In this document: positions 49,076-59,234 of the stretch, piece after piece
How positions within the stretch are numbered: position 1 is the stretch's first letter
Layout of the letters: every line of letters begins with the position of its first letter
Assembly: GCA_963546395.1 (NCBI GenBank)
Contig: CAUUMS010000004.1
Coordinates: forward strand, 73,635 to 137,634
Source of the DNA: an uncultured Bacteroidia bacterium
Lineage (GTDB): Bacteria; Bacteroidota; Bacteroidia; Bacteroidales; CAJPTX01
Length of the DNA: 64,000 nucleotides
Reading direction: 5' to 3'
The notes under the pieces: generated by a model
Told to the model about the DNA's origin: nothing
The model's database searches: none
What the model saw: the letters and a program-made list of their open reading frames with translations, nothing else
Made by a program: the position numbers and the translations under genes

Positions 49076-49964
49076 CCGGCATCGTGGGCTTACTGTACTT
49101 CCATCGCCGGTGCGACCAGAGCCATGGGGCTGGGTTCGCCTGTATGCAACGCTCAAGCGTCGCCAAGTGCTGCGCCGTAATCCAATCGTCGGGCGTGTGG
49201 CACGGGTCATCCGTAATCAGCTCCAGCGTAATCTGATAGTGTCCCCTGCGCACCCGCTGCATATTGCAGAAAAAGACCGGCAGATTAAACCGCTTGGCGA
49301 TGTGCTCTATACCACGAAAGACGAGCGTATCCTGATTCAGGAATCGCCCCCAGTAATGGTTGCCCTTCCAGGGGGTCTGATCCGTAATCAGGCCGATTAG
49401 CGTCGGCACATGCTGTTGCTCGTAGCGAAGCACCGTGCGGAAGGTATCCTTCATCAGCACCGTCTCACTCCCGAGACGCTCACGCGAGCCCGTGAGGAGT
49501 CGCTCCAGCCGCTTATTATTCACCGGTTTATAGATACTGAGCATCTTATGCCGAATCTGCGGGGCGGCCGTCGTCAGAAACTCCCAGTTAGCGTAATGGG
49601 CTGCCGCGATCACCACGCTACGCCCAGCCTCGTAGTAGGGTGTCAGCAGCTCCACGTTGGTATAGCTGCATCGTGCCATCATACGTTTAGCCGAGGCGTG
49701 CAGCAGGAAGGCCTCCTCAAGAATCAAATCGCTCAGGTGGCGGTAGAAACCCCACGCAATGCGTCGCACCTCAGCCTCACTCTTCTCTGGAAACGAGCGG
49801 CGCAGATTGCCAAGCACCGTACCTCGCCGATAGCGCACCACATAGCACAACAGGAATGCGCTCACATCCGACAGGGCGTAGAACAGCCTCTGTGGCAGCA
49901 CCGACAGGATCCACGTGAAGACGTAGACCAGCACATAGACCACCCATCCGAGAACCTTACCCAT
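49062..49964 (-). CDS. LpxL/HtrB-family (lysophospholipid/lipid A secondary) acyltransferase
   Basis: 300 aa with an N-terminal TM. The AAHYANWEF acyltransferase HX4(D/E)-type motif and overall layout match lauroyl/myristoyl acyltransferases. Confidence 0.7.
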   Translation of the reverse strand: MGKVLGWVVYVLVYVFTWILSVLPQRLFYALSDVSAFLLCYVVRYRRGTVLGNLRRSFPEKSEAEVRRIAWGFYRHLSDLILEEAFLLHASAKRMMARCSYTNVELLTPYYEAGRSVVIAAAHYANWEFLTTAAPQIRHKMLSIYKPVNNKRLERLLTGSRERLGSETVLMKDTFRTVLRYEQQHVPTLIGLITDQTPWKGNHYWGRFLNQDTLVFRGIEHIAKRFNLPVFFCNMQRVRRGHYQITLELITDDPCHTPDDWITAQHLATLERCIQANPAPWLWSHRRWKYSKPTMPDGQG

Positions 49965-50787
49965 CCTGCCGACCCATCATGCGTATAATCTCCCGGCTAA
50001 ACTCCCCAAAGAGCCCCGGTGCTGCGCACAGCATCTCACCTCCGTGCAGCATGCCACCCTTGCCTGCGAAGTCTGCGCACAGCGCACCCGCCTCTGTGGC
50101 TATCACAATGCCTGCGGCCACGTCCCACGCATGCAAGCCATACTCGTAAAAGGCATCCACCCTGCCGCAAGCCACATACACGAGATCCGTGGCTGCCGAC
50201 CCAAGACGGCGCAAGCCATGCGAGTGGCGCATGAAGTACTCCATCGTGCTAAAGAATGGGCCGATATGCTTGTAGTTGCTGTATGGGAACCCCGTGGCCA
50301 CGAGTGCATCATCTATCCGTGCGCAACGGGACGCCCGTATGGGAGCCCCATTCATGGTGGCACCGCCTCCACGCACTGCGCTGAAGAGCTCATCGGCCGT
50401 CACCTCGTACACCACTCCTAGCACCACATCGTCCCCATGGCTCAGACCGATGCTCACTGCATACGGCGGCATCCCATGGATAAAATTCGTCGTGCCATCC
50501 AGCGGATCCACCACCCAGTTGTACCCCGTGGATTTGCTCTCACCGCCCCCCTCCTCCGAGAGGATACCAGCCTCGGAGAGTAGCTCTCGGAGTGCAGGGA
50601 GTATCATGCCCTCAGCCGTCTTATCGACGTACGACACGAAGTCATGCTCACCCTTCACCTCCACCCTATCCAGGCTAAACTGTGCCCGCTCTTTGGCGAT
50701 GAACTGGCCTGCCAGCTTTGCTACCCGCTCAACCTGCGGGAGCAATATGCTCAGCCCGCCCTCCTTCTCGATATCAGCAATCAGCAT
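49957..50787 (-). CDS. suhB: Inositol monophosphatase family protein (SuhB-like)
   Basis: ...SEEGGG..., WVVDPLDGTTNF, ...WDVAAG... IMPase motifs. Confidence 0.85.
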   Translation of the reverse strand: MLIADIEKEGGLSILLPQVERVAKLAGQFIAKERAQFSLDRVEVKGEHDFVSYVDKTAEGMILPALRELLSEAGILSEEGGGESKSTGYNWVVDPLDGTTNFIHGMPPYAVSIGLSHGDDVVLGVVYEVTADELFSAVRGGGATMNGAPIRASRCARIDDALVATGFPYSNYKHIGPFFSTMEYFMRHSHGLRRLGSAATDLVYVACGRVDAFYEYGLHAWDVAAGIVIATEAGALCADFAGKGGMLHGGEMLCAAPGLFGEFSREIIRMMGRQDG

Positions 50788-52091
50788 GGGTCTACCACCT
50801 CTCCTTTCATGATACCATTCCTCAGATGCCCCCCCAGTCTCACCTGGGCGATGCGTCCGCGATTACCATCCGCAATGGGGAACTCCGCCCGGATGTAATT
50901 GTCTGTCAGCCCTTGCCCTATCCCATTTCGCCCTACATGCTCTACGAGCACTGGGCGCACAGCCCCAGCAAACCGCTCGCAGTAAGCCGTGTGCAGCTCC
51001 TCCGACAGAGCCGCCAGCCGACGGGCATACACCCGTTTCAGCTCAGAGGGCACTTTACCAGGCATGCGTGCCGCCAACGTCCCAGGGCGGGATGAATACG
51101 GGAACACGTGCAGGTACGAGGGCTTCAGCTCGAGCAAAAAGTCGTAGGTCTTCTCAAACTCCATCTCCGTCTCGCCCGGGAATCCCACGATCACGTCCAC
51201 GCCCAGGAATAGATCGGGCATACGACGGCGGGCCTCCACCACGCGCTGCCAGTACACCTCTGTGGTGTAGCGTCGCTTCATGGCGCGCAGAATGTTATCG
51301 CTCCCCGACTGCAACGGCACATGCAGATGCGGCAGGAACTTACCCGAGCTCGCCACAAAGTCGAGTATCGCATCTGTGAGCAGATTGGGCTCAATGGACG
51401 AAATCCTGTAGCGCAAGATGCCCTCCACCCCCTGTAGGGCCATCAGCAAATCCAGAAAAGACTCGCTGGTACCCCGACCAAAATCACCCGTGTTGATACC
51501 CGAGATCACGATCTCACGAGTGCCCATCTTGGCAATGACCCCCGCCTGCTGCACAGCCTCAGCAATCCGCACGCTCTGTCCGCGCCCCCGGGCTAGCGGT
51601 ATGGTGCAATAGCTGCAACCGTAGCTACAGCCATCCTGCACCTTCAGGAAGGCCCTCGTCCGATCGCCCAGTGAGTATGCCGGGAAAAAGTCGCTCTCAG
51701 CCTCTCCCCCGCAGGGGATCTCATCCCCATAGCCCATGGCCCAAAGCACCGCCTCGGCGAGCCGATGTTTGTCATGGCGCATCACCACGAAATCGGCCCC
51801 ATGGCTGTATAGCTCCCCCGGCGAAAGCTCGGCGTAGCATCCCACCAGCACCAGGAAGGCCCCTGCATGCTCGCGGCGAACACGGTGCAGCAGCTGTCGG
51901 CACTTATGCTGGGCCTGCTCCGTGACAGCGCAGCTATTCAGCACCACGATGTCTGCACCCTCTCCCAGCCTCACAACCCGCACCCCGCGCGAGGTAAACT
52001 GGCGTGCGTAGGTTGACTCTTCCGAGTAGTTGAGCTTACACCCGAACGTGTAAAAGCTCACGCTAAGCCCTGTTGCCGCCCTGCCAGTCAT
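50781..52091 (-). CDS. mtaB: MiaB-like radical-SAM methylthiotransferase, MtaB type (tRNA ms2t6A)
   Basis: N-terminal MTTase domain FYTFGCKLNYSE, radical-SAM motif GCSYGCSYCTIP, C-terminal TRAM-like region. 436 aa. Confidence 0.82.
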   Translation of the reverse strand: MTGRAATGLSVSFYTFGCKLNYSEESTYARQFTSRGVRVVRLGEGADIVVLNSCAVTEQAQHKCRQLLHRVRREHAGAFLVLVGCYAELSPGELYSHGADFVVMRHDKHRLAEAVLWAMGYGDEIPCGGEAESDFFPAYSLGDRTRAFLKVQDGCSYGCSYCTIPLARGRGQSVRIAEAVQQAGVIAKMGTREIVISGINTGDFGRGTSESFLDLLMALQGVEGILRYRISSIEPNLLTDAILDFVASSGKFLPHLHVPLQSGSDNILRAMKRRYTTEVYWQRVVEARRRMPDLFLGVDVIVGFPGETEMEFEKTYDFLLELKPSYLHVFPYSSRPGTLAARMPGKVPSELKRVYARRLAALSEELHTAYCERFAGAVRPVLVEHVGRNGIGQGLTDNYIRAEFPIADGNRGRIAQVRLGGHLRNGIMKGEVVDPC

Positions 52092-52095
52092 GCCG

Positions 52096-52103
52096 CAAAG
52101 GTA
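52096..52103 (-). promoter_or_regulatory. Candidate -7 box (TACCTTTG) only 4 nt upstream of the mtaB ATG (leaderless transcript?)
   Basis: ccgCAAAGGTAgcg on the plus strand gives TACCTTTG on the minus strand at 52103..52096. The ATG is at 52091..52089. Confidence 0.4.
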
Positions 52104-52209
52104 GCGAATGCCACCCGAATACCCCTCCCGAAATGCTGTGCACCGAGCCCCCTCTCCCCCGTGCGAATCCCCTTACTACGTGCGGCCGCAGTCCAATACG
52201 TTTCCCGCG

Positions 52210-53331
52210 CTAACGCTTCGCAGGAGCACTCCCGAGCACCTGGAGCGAATTCTTCATGAAAGCGAACTTCTCATCAAACCGATCCTCTTTATCCTGCATC
52301 ATAACCGTCATGGAATAATCACCAGCCAAGAAGGTGTAGATGCGCCCGTAGAGCATGAACTCCTCGGTCTCGAGCGTGAAAGTGCAGTAATGCGCTGAGT
52401 ATCCGCGGTAATTTGTCGTCCCAGTCTCCCGCACCTCGAGCGCCTCGTGCGAGGGCTGCTCTCTAAGCTTGCTGAGATTCCGCTGGAGAAGCTCAGCCGG
52501 AGCATCCCCATGTGACACCGCTGTCACAACGACTAGGGCTGTAGCATCATCTCCCTCCTGCTCGCACGCCACGTAGTAGGCTCCATCCCCCAGATCTTCC
52601 ACCTCCACAAGCCAATCGATCGGATAATTGAAGCCAATGCAGTAGAACCGGCACTTCCGCCACACCGCAACGCCCCGATCGTCCGTTGGCTCCACCTCAA
52701 TGCGCACCGCCCCCTCCTCAATGCACGTACGCCTGGACATGAGTTGCTTCAACAGCCCCCACTCGTTCTCATCAATCCGTGCGATGTTGCGCTTAATGGT
52801 GGCCTCACTCCCCGTTGCCCATGCGAGCGGCCTCGGTAGGAAATCCGCAAATACCCCATCCTCCCTGCGCTGAAAGGATGTGACACACGGCACGAGCTCC
52901 CCCACCCGTAGCTGATGCCGCGGGAGCTTCTTCACCCGAAACCGCTTGTATGCCCAGTGGGCATCATGCGCCCGGGACGAACCTCCGGGAATGGTCATAT
53001 CGGCCAGAGCCAGTAGCTCGATGGGGTGCAGTTGCACAACGACGGCTGGCACCAACTGCCCCTCCTTGTATATGCGCCCCGACATGCCCTTAGCGAGCAG
53101 AAAAAAGAGCAACATCGCAAGCATGGCGACGACCATATGCGCAGCTCCAATCCGCCAGTTCCACATGTCGCCTAGCAGTCCACCCACGAGGATCAGGAGA
53201 ACGGCGATGAGCAGCAGCCCTATCCTCAGCTTCAGGAGCTGGATGCACACCTCGTCAAACTTCCGCATCTGGCGAGCATCGACGTCGATATCGCTCACCC
53301 GAGTAGCCTGCAATTCGTCCACAGGGTTCAT
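52210..53331 (-). CDS. Hypothetical membrane protein (2 TM near N-terminus, ~280-aa soluble C-terminal region)
   Basis: Start taken at the ATG at 53331 (MNPVDELQATRV...); the track start at 53406 is TTG. TMs: IGLLLIAVLLILVGGLLG and AHMVVAMLAMLLFFLLA. No motif I recognise. Confidence 0.55.
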   Translation of the reverse strand: MNPVDELQATRVSDIDVDARQMRKFDEVCIQLLKLRIGLLLIAVLLILVGGLLGDMWNWRIGAAHMVVAMLAMLLFFLLAKGMSGRIYKEGQLVPAVVVQLHPIELLALADMTIPGGSSRAHDAHWAYKRFRVKKLPRHQLRVGELVPCVTSFQRREDGVFADFLPRPLAWATGSEATIKRNIARIDENEWGLLKQLMSRRTCIEEGAVRIEVEPTDDRGVAVWRKCRFYCIGFNYPIDWLVEVEDLGDGAYYVACEQEGDDATALVVVTAVSHGDAPAELLQRNLSKLREQPSHEALEVRETGTTNYRGYSAHYCTFTLETEEFMLYGRIYTFLAGDYSMTVMMQDKEDRFDEKFAFMKNSLQVLGSAPAKR

Positions 53332-53457
53332 GGTGCCCTCCCAGCTTAAAGCGATTTTAATGAATGCGAGACAACAGTGCGCCCGACTGATCTCACCTAG
53401 CCACAAAAGGCCTGCAAAAAAATAGGGCGACGCAGACTCTGCCGCATCGCCCTGCTG

Positions 53458-53531
53458 TGACCCCGGAGGGATTCAAACCCCCGACTTTCAGAACCGGAAT
53501 CTGACGTTCTATTCAGCTGAACTACGGGGCC
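53458..53531 (-). tRNA. tRNA-Arg (anticodon CCG)
   Basis: GGCCCCGTAGTTCAGCTGAATAGAACGTCAGATTCCGGTTCTGAAAGTCGGGGGTTTGAATCCCTCCGGGGTCA. Confidence 0.9.
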
Positions 53532-53541
53532 AACTCGGGCT

Positions 53542-53549
53542 CAAAGGTA
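53542..53549 (-). promoter_or_regulatory. Candidate -7 box (TACCTTTG) for tRNA-Arg
   Basis: 11 nt upstream of the mature tRNA 5' end, in the correct orientation. Confidence 0.45.
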
Positions 53550-53582
53550 AACATTTTTGGGCAACTCGCAGAAGTAGCCCTC

Positions 53583-54908
53583 TTACGCCTCCAACTCCTC
53601 GCCATGCGATTCATCGGGAGCAATGCCCACTCCGGTCCCCTGTTGCATCACCTCAGCCACAGGCTTCCGCGTTCGCCTGCGTCGACTGCGAAGGATGAGC
53701 CCATAGAAGGCCGAGATGCTTGGTACCCGGACGAGCATCGGCACAAGCACGCTCGTGAGCACGATGCTCGTGAGGATGACCGGATAGACGAGATCGCGAA
53801 TGAAGTCGCCGCCCGGGATCCCCTCCTGCAAGGGTAGGTTGGCGAGCACTGCGGCCGCCAGCCCCTTAGGCACCATGGTAGCCATCAGCGTGAGATCCAT
53901 CGTAGGTAGCCGCTCACGCACCGAGAACTTCACCACAGGAATCCGGATGACGTAGATGGTGAGCGTGATGAACACCCCCAGCAGCAGAGCCCACAGGTTG
54001 GTGAACTGGATGGAGAGCCCGATGAAGACGAAAAAGAAGGTCTTGAGCAGGAAGACGATCTCAGAGAAGAACTGCTTCTCACTCTCATTGAACGTCAGCA
54101 GCCCCTGGCTGTGGAAGGCCCTGATGAACTTGAACTGAAACTTATCGATATTGGCCAGGGCCACCCCGAATGCGAGAGCCGCAATGGCCCCGCTAAACCC
54201 GAGCTGCTCTGCCAGCCCGTAGATGACAAACACGAAGGCCGGCGTGGTGAACATGGAGTTCTGTATGGTACGCACACGCCCGAGCAGCATCGACCAGAAT
54301 ATGGCACTAGCCACCCCGATGATGGAGGCCAGGATGAACGAGCTCAAGATGCTACCCGCAATGGTACCCACCTGAATACCATCCGACTTGTACGCCTGTA
54401 TGAGTGCCAGCACGAACACGATGCAGAGCACGTCGGAGAGAGCCGACTCGAGCACCAGTATCGTCTTCCCATCCTCACGCATGGAGAGCTGCTTCACGAG
54501 GGGGATCACCACCGCCGAGGAGGTGCCGCCAAGAATGGAGCCCAGGATGAATGAGGGTATCGGCTCCAGCCCCATGAGTAGCCAGCCGATGCAGCCCACC
54601 ACCAGCGTAGTCACCACGAAGTTCGCCACCGTCAGTGCCATCGTGCCCCGTATGGCCTGATGCATGGTCTCCACACGCAGATCGAGCCCACCCTGAAAAA
54701 GGATAAACACCAGCGTTACCGTGGTGAACACATTCGTCACAATCCCGAACGCCTCCGGGGTGAGCAACCCGAGAACGGGGCCTATGATGACCCCGATGAT
54801 CATGAGTAGCAACACGTCGGGCAGGCCCTTCCGCTCGAAGATCCCTGCGAATAGGTGCGAGATGAAAACCAGCAGCCCGATGAAGATGACAACCGATGCA
54901 GCGCTCAT
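53583..54908 (-). CDS. Cation:proton antiporter (Na+/H+ exchanger, CPA1/NhaP-like)
   Basis: 441 aa, ~12 TM. Typical Na_H_Exchanger sequence (...GLLVFISHLFAGIFERKGLPDVLLLMIIGVIIGP..., ...ESALSDVLCIV...). Confidence 0.85.
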   Translation of the reverse strand: MSAASVVIFIGLLVFISHLFAGIFERKGLPDVLLLMIIGVIIGPVLGLLTPEAFGIVTNVFTTVTLVFILFQGGLDLRVETMHQAIRGTMALTVANFVVTTLVVGCIGWLLMGLEPIPSFILGSILGGTSSAVVIPLVKQLSMREDGKTILVLESALSDVLCIVFVLALIQAYKSDGIQVGTIAGSILSSFILASIIGVASAIFWSMLLGRVRTIQNSMFTTPAFVFVIYGLAEQLGFSGAIAALAFGVALANIDKFQFKFIRAFHSQGLLTFNESEKQFFSEIVFLLKTFFFVFIGLSIQFTNLWALLLGVFITLTIYVIRIPVVKFSVRERLPTMDLTLMATMVPKGLAAAVLANLPLQEGIPGGDFIRDLVYPVILTSIVLTSVLVPMLVRVPSISAFYGLILRSRRRRTRKPVAEVMQQGTGVGIAPDESHGEELEA

Positions 54909-54929
54909 GGCAAAAACATATTGCTACCG

Positions 54930-54937
54930 CAAAGTTA
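54930..54937 (-). promoter_or_regulatory. Candidate -7 box (TAACTTTG) for the antiporter gene
   Basis: 22 nt upstream of the ATG at 54908, in the correct orientation. Confidence 0.45.
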
Positions 54938-55003
54938 CAAAACCCCGTGTGGGTAGCACACGCCCCAACTCCGCTATGCGGTCTTCCATCGGCGAAGGGT
55001 TAC

Positions 55004-57271
55004 TCAGGGCTCCCGACGGGGGCTTGTGGAGGGTGTACGCTCTGGCCCATCATCCCGCAGCGACGGTAGCCGTACAGCCCCAATGCGCAGGCTATTGAGC
55101 ACCACCGACACTGAGCTCATAGCCATAGCCAGTGCGGCAAACATGGGGTCGAACTGAAGGCCCACCAGCGGGTACAACGCCCCAGCGGCAATGGGGAGCA
55201 TGCACAGGTTGTAGATAAAGGCCCAGAACAGATTCTCTCGCACAATGCGCATCGTGGCCCTACTCAGGGCTAACATCCACGGCAGGGCCCTCAGATCCGA
55301 GGTCGCCAACGTCAGCGTGGCAATATTCATGGCCACGTCAGATCCCTTCCCCATGGCGATACTCACGTCGGCCTGCGCCAATGCCTGGGCATCATTCACC
55401 CCATCACCCACCATGGCCACCGCCCCAAATTGCGCCTGCGCCTCACGCACCACACGCTCCTTATCGCCCGGCAGCATGGCCCCGTGCATGACATCCACGC
55501 CCACGGCTCGCCCCACTCGGTGCACATTGGGCCACCGGTCGCCCGACACGAGGACGGTGTGCACCCCCAATCGCCTCAGCTCCGCGATGGCCTGCTCTGC
55601 CCCTTCCTTTAGCGGGTCTTGCAGGGCGAGAGCAAGCAATAGTTGCCCCTCCCTCTGCACCATCACCACGGTGTGCCCCTCCCGATCCCACTCCGTCATA
55701 AGCCCCTCAGCCGAGCACCGCGCCAGCTCCTCCGCAGGCACAACATCCACGCTACCCACAAACCAGGATTGCCCTTCCACCATGGCGCGAATCCCCCGGC
55801 CGGGGATCTCCTCGTAGTCCTCCACCGATAGCGTTGCGGATGCATTGCACCATTGCACAATAGGTTTAGCCAGTGGGTGGGCCGAATGCAACTCCAGGGC
55901 AGCAAGGGCAGCCCGAACAGCCGTCTGATCGACCGCCGCATCGAACCAGTGTGCGGCCACCACGCTAGGACATCCCGCCGTGAGCGTACCCGTCTTATCG
56001 AGAAGAATGGCACGAATTCGGCCCGCCAGCTGCAAGCCCTCGGCATTGCGCACCAGAATATGCGCCCTGGCAGCTCGCCCAATGCCCATCATCATAGCTG
56101 TGGGTGTAGCCAACCCCAAGGCGCAAGGGCACGCCACCGCTAGCACCGTCACGGCGGCCAGTAATCCTCTGGCCCAACCATCCGAGGCCGGCGACAGGCC
56201 CCACGCTACCAGCGTGACAAGGGCAATGCCCATCACCACCGGCACAAAGATGCCCGCCACCCGATCGGCCAACCCCTGTATGGGGGCCTTGCTAGCCTGC
56301 GCCAGCTCCACCTGCTGGACAATCTGCCCCAGCACCGACTCCAGACCCACCCGTTGAGCCCGCACGTAGAGGGTGCCCTGCTGATTGATGGTACCCGCAT
56401 ACACCCCCATGCCCTGCGTCTTGCTCACGGGGAGGGGTTCCCCTGTGATAGAGCTCTCGTCCACCCACGACTGCCCCTCCTGCACATCGCCATCCACCGC
56501 AATACGCTCGCCCGGACGCACTAGCACCACATCGCCCGGCACGATGGACTCAATCGGTCGCTCCACAGGCTGCCCATCCTGCATCAGCACCGCAGTAGTG
56601 GGCTGCAACCCCATGAGCTGCTCGATGGCCACCGACGTGCGGAATTTCGCCTGTCCCTCTAGCCACTTACCGAGCAGGATGAAAGCCACAATCATCGCCG
56701 CGGAATCGAAGTACAACGGCTGCTCCACCCATGCCTGCCCATGAAAGTAGGCCCCAGCGAGCCCAACCACGCTGTACAAGAAAGAGATGGTGGTGCTCAG
56801 CGAGATGAGCGTATCCATCCCTAGACGCGCATGGCGAATTTGCGCCAGGGCTCTCGCATGAAATCCGGCCCCCACCCCATACACCACAATCAGTGCCAGG
56901 ATGGCTGAGATGCTGAGGTACGCCACCGTGTGCGCTAGCCAATGGTCGAGCAGCATGATTGCCCCAGCCCCAATGGCCGCCATCAGGGTGCGAACCAGCT
57001 GCCCACGCAGCGCACCGCATGCTGGGGAGGCACCGTAAGCAGAGCCAGCTGTCCCATCTATCACCAGCGTGAAACCCAACGCCGCCACCCGATCGCGCAG
57101 CTGCACGGGCGACACGCGCTGCGCATCGAAACGGATCCACACCGTGTTGCCCGCCACATTAACCCCCACATCCTCAACCCCCTCGGTGTGACGAAGCAGC
57201 GACTCAATGCTCATGGCGCATGCGGCGCACGACATCCCCCGCACGGGGTAAATATGCCTCACTGTAGCCAT
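55004..57271 (-). CDS. copA: Copper-translocating P1B-type ATPase
   Basis: HMA domain [25 protein letters not shown] (CPC), DKTGTLT, GDGVNDA. I prefer the start [15 protein letters not shown]; the ATG at 57298 is an alternative. Confidence 0.92.
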   Translation of the reverse strand: MATVRHIYPVRGMSCAACAMSIESLLRHTEGVEDVGVNVAGNTVWIRFDAQRVSPVQLRDRVAALGFTLVIDGTAGSAYGASPACGALRGQLVRTLMAAIGAGAIMLLDHWLAHTVAYLSISAILALIVVYGVGAGFHARALAQIRHARLGMDTLISLSTTISFLYSVVGLAGAYFHGQAWVEQPLYFDSAAMIVAFILLGKWLEGQAKFRTSVAIEQLMGLQPTTAVLMQDGQPVERPIESIVPGDVVLVRPGERIAVDGDVQEGQSWVDESSITGEPLPVSKTQGMGVYAGTINQQGTLYVRAQRVGLESVLGQIVQQVELAQASKAPIQGLADRVAGIFVPVVMGIALVTLVAWGLSPASDGWARGLLAAVTVLAVACPCALGLATPTAMMMGIGRAARAHILVRNAEGLQLAGRIRAILLDKTGTLTAGCPSVVAAHWFDAAVDQTAVRAALAALELHSAHPLAKPIVQWCNASATLSVEDYEEIPGRGIRAMVEGQSWFVGSVDVVPAEELARCSAEGLMTEWDREGHTVVMVQREGQLLLALALQDPLKEGAEQAIAELRRLGVHTVLVSGDRWPNVHRVGRAVGVDVMHGAMLPGDKERVVREAQAQFGAVAMVGDGVNDAQALAQADVSIAMGKGSDVAMNIATLTLATSDLRALPWMLALSRATMRIVRENLFWAFIYNLCMLPIAAGALYPLVGLQFDPMFAALAMAMSSVSVVLNSLRIGAVRLPSLRDDGPERTPSTSPRREP

Positions 57272-57402
57272 AGTGCTCCCCCCATCGGGTAAACCCATCC
57301 CGAGCCCAAAGGTTGACCCTCAAGGCGACTCACACGCGCTACCCACATGAGAAATCCGCAGGTAGATGACACCATATAAGCCTCGTAAAGCTGCCATTTC
57401 CC

Positions 57403-57410
57403 TAACTTTG
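57403..57410 (+). promoter_or_regulatory. Candidate -7 box (TAACTTTG) for typA
   Basis: 21 nt upstream of the ATG at 57432. Its position argues against the longer ORF-track start at 57366. Confidence 0.45.
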
Positions 57411-57431
57411 CCGCTCAATTCGCATCAAAAA

Positions 57432-59234
57432 ATGACTCAAGTACGGAACATCGCCATCATTGCCCACGTGGATCACGGGAAGACAACCCTCGTAGACCGC
57501 ATGATCACGCAAACCCACGTGAAAGATGCCGAAAAGAGCGCGGCGGGCGGCCTAATACTCGATAATAACGACCTAGAGCGCGAGCGGGGTATCACCATCC
57601 TGAGCAAGAATGTGGCCGTCCAGTACAAGGGGGTCAAAATCAATATCATCGACACCCCGGGCCACGCCGACTTTGGAGGCGAGGTGGAGCGCGTGCTCAA
57701 CATGGCCGACGGGGTGCTCCTGCTCGTGGATGCCCTAGAGGGCACCATGCCCCAAACGCGCTTTGTGCTCGAGAAGGCCCTGGCCCTCGGGCTCAAGCCC
57801 ATCGTGGTGGTGAACAAGGTGGACAAGCCCAACTGCCGGCCCGACATCGTGCAGGAGGAGGTGTTCGAGCTCATGTGCTCGCTCGATGCCGACGAGGAGC
57901 AACTCGACTTCCCCACCGTCTACGGGAGTGCCAAGCAGGGGTGGATGTCGCTCGATCCGAAGGAGCGCACCGACAGCGTGGAGCCTCTCCTCGATGCCAT
58001 CGTACGCCACGTGCCCGCGCCTAAAGTGACCGAGGGCAACACGCAGCTCCTCATCACCTCCATCGACTACTCGCCCTACGTGGGCCGTATCGCCATCGGC
58101 AAGCTGCACCGGGGACAGCTGCGGGCCAACGACACCATTGTACTCGCCCAGCGGGATGGCTCCCTGAAACGCTCGCAGATCAAAGACCTACTCGTCTTCG
58201 AGGGTCTGGGCAAACGCTCCGTGCCCGAGGTGGAAGCCGGCGACCTGTGCGCCATTGTGGGACTGGAATCCTTTGAGATTGGCGACACGGTGTGCGACCC
58301 GGAGAACCCGGAACCGCTGCCCACCATTGCCGTGGATGAGCCCACGATGAGCATGCTCTTCACCATCAACAACTCGCCCTTCTTCGGCCGCGACGGGAAG
58401 TTTGTGACCTCACGCCACCTGAAAGATCGCCTCGATCGGGAGCTGGAGAAGAACCTCGCCCTGCGGGTGCAGCCTGGGGAGAGTGCCGACTCGTTCCTGG
58501 TGTTCGGCCGCGGGATCCTACACCTCTCCATTCTCATCGAAACGATGCGCCGCGAGGGATACGAACTCCAGGTGGGCCAGCCGCGCGTGGTGCTCAAGGA
58601 GATTGACGGGAAACTTTGTGAGCCTATCGAATACCTCACCATCGATCTCCCCGAGGAGATGTCGGGCAAAGCCATCGAGCTAGCCTCGCGGCGCGAGGCT
58701 GTGATGCTAGAGATGGATCGCCGGGACGACAGGATGCACCTGGAATTTGAGATCCCCTCCCGCGGGCTCATCGGGCTACGCAACCAGCTGCTGACGGCCA
58801 CCACGGGGGAGGCCATCGTCTCGCACCGGCTGAAAGGCTTCGAGCCGCACCGGGGGCCCATCGAATCGCGGCAGAACGGCTCGCTCGTCGCCCTGGAGGG
58901 AGGCACAGCCTACGCCTACGCGCTCAACAAGCTACAGGATCGGGGCGTATTCTTCATCGATCCCCCCGAGGAGGTATACGCAGGGCAGATCGTGGGCGAA
59001 TGCACGCGCGACATCGACATCACGGTCAACGTGTGCAAATCGAAGAAGCTCACCAACATGCGCGCCTCGGGCAGCGACGAGAAGGTGACACTGCCCCCGC
59101 CCATACGATTCTCGCTTGAGGAAGCGCTAGAGTACATCCAGGATGACGAGTACGTGGAGATCACGCCCAACGCCATGCGTCTCCGCAAGATAGAGCTCGA
59201 CGAGAATCAGCGTAAGCGCATGCAGCGGAAATAG
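57432..59234 (+). CDS. typA: Translational GTPase TypA/BipA
   Basis: [24 protein letters not shown]..., DTPGHADFGGEVER, NKVDK. 600 aa. Confidence 0.95.
   Translation: MTQVRNIAIIAHVDHGKTTLVDRMITQTHVKDAEKSAAGGLILDNNDLERERGITILSKNVAVQYKGVKINIIDTPGHADFGGEVERVLNMADGVLLLVDALEGTMPQTRFVLEKALALGLKPIVVVNKVDKPNCRPDIVQEEVFELMCSLDADEEQLDFPTVYGSAKQGWMSLDPKERTDSVEPLLDAIVRHVPAPKVTEGNTQLLITSIDYSPYVGRIAIGKLHRGQLRANDTIVLAQRDGSLKRSQIKDLLVFEGLGKRSVPEVEAGDLCAIVGLESFEIGDTVCDPENPEPLPTIAVDEPTMSMLFTINNSPFFGRDGKFVTSRHLKDRLDRELEKNLALRVQPGESADSFLVFGRGILHLSILIETMRREGYELQVGQPRVVLKEIDGKLCEPIEYLTIDLPEEMSGKAIELASRREAVMLEMDRRDDRMHLEFEIPSRGLIGLRNQLLTATTGEAIVSHRLKGFEPHRGPIESRQNGSLVALEGGTAYAYALNKLQDRGVFFIDPPEEVYAGQIVGECTRDIDITVNVCKSKKLTNMRASGSDEKVTLPPPIRFSLEEALEYIQDDEYVEITPNAMRLRKIELDENQRKRMQRK

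Noticed and set aside
49076-49210. 45-codon 5' extension of the GT2 ORF
   Set aside because: It overlaps the 3' end of the upstream acyltransferase gene by about 150 nt. The GT2 fold begins right after the internal ATG (VAVVILNWNG).
57299-57316. AACCTTTG upstream of copA as a promoter -7 box
   Set aside because: It lacks the TA dinucleotide of TAnnTTTG, and its position depends on which copA start is used. This is too weak to call.
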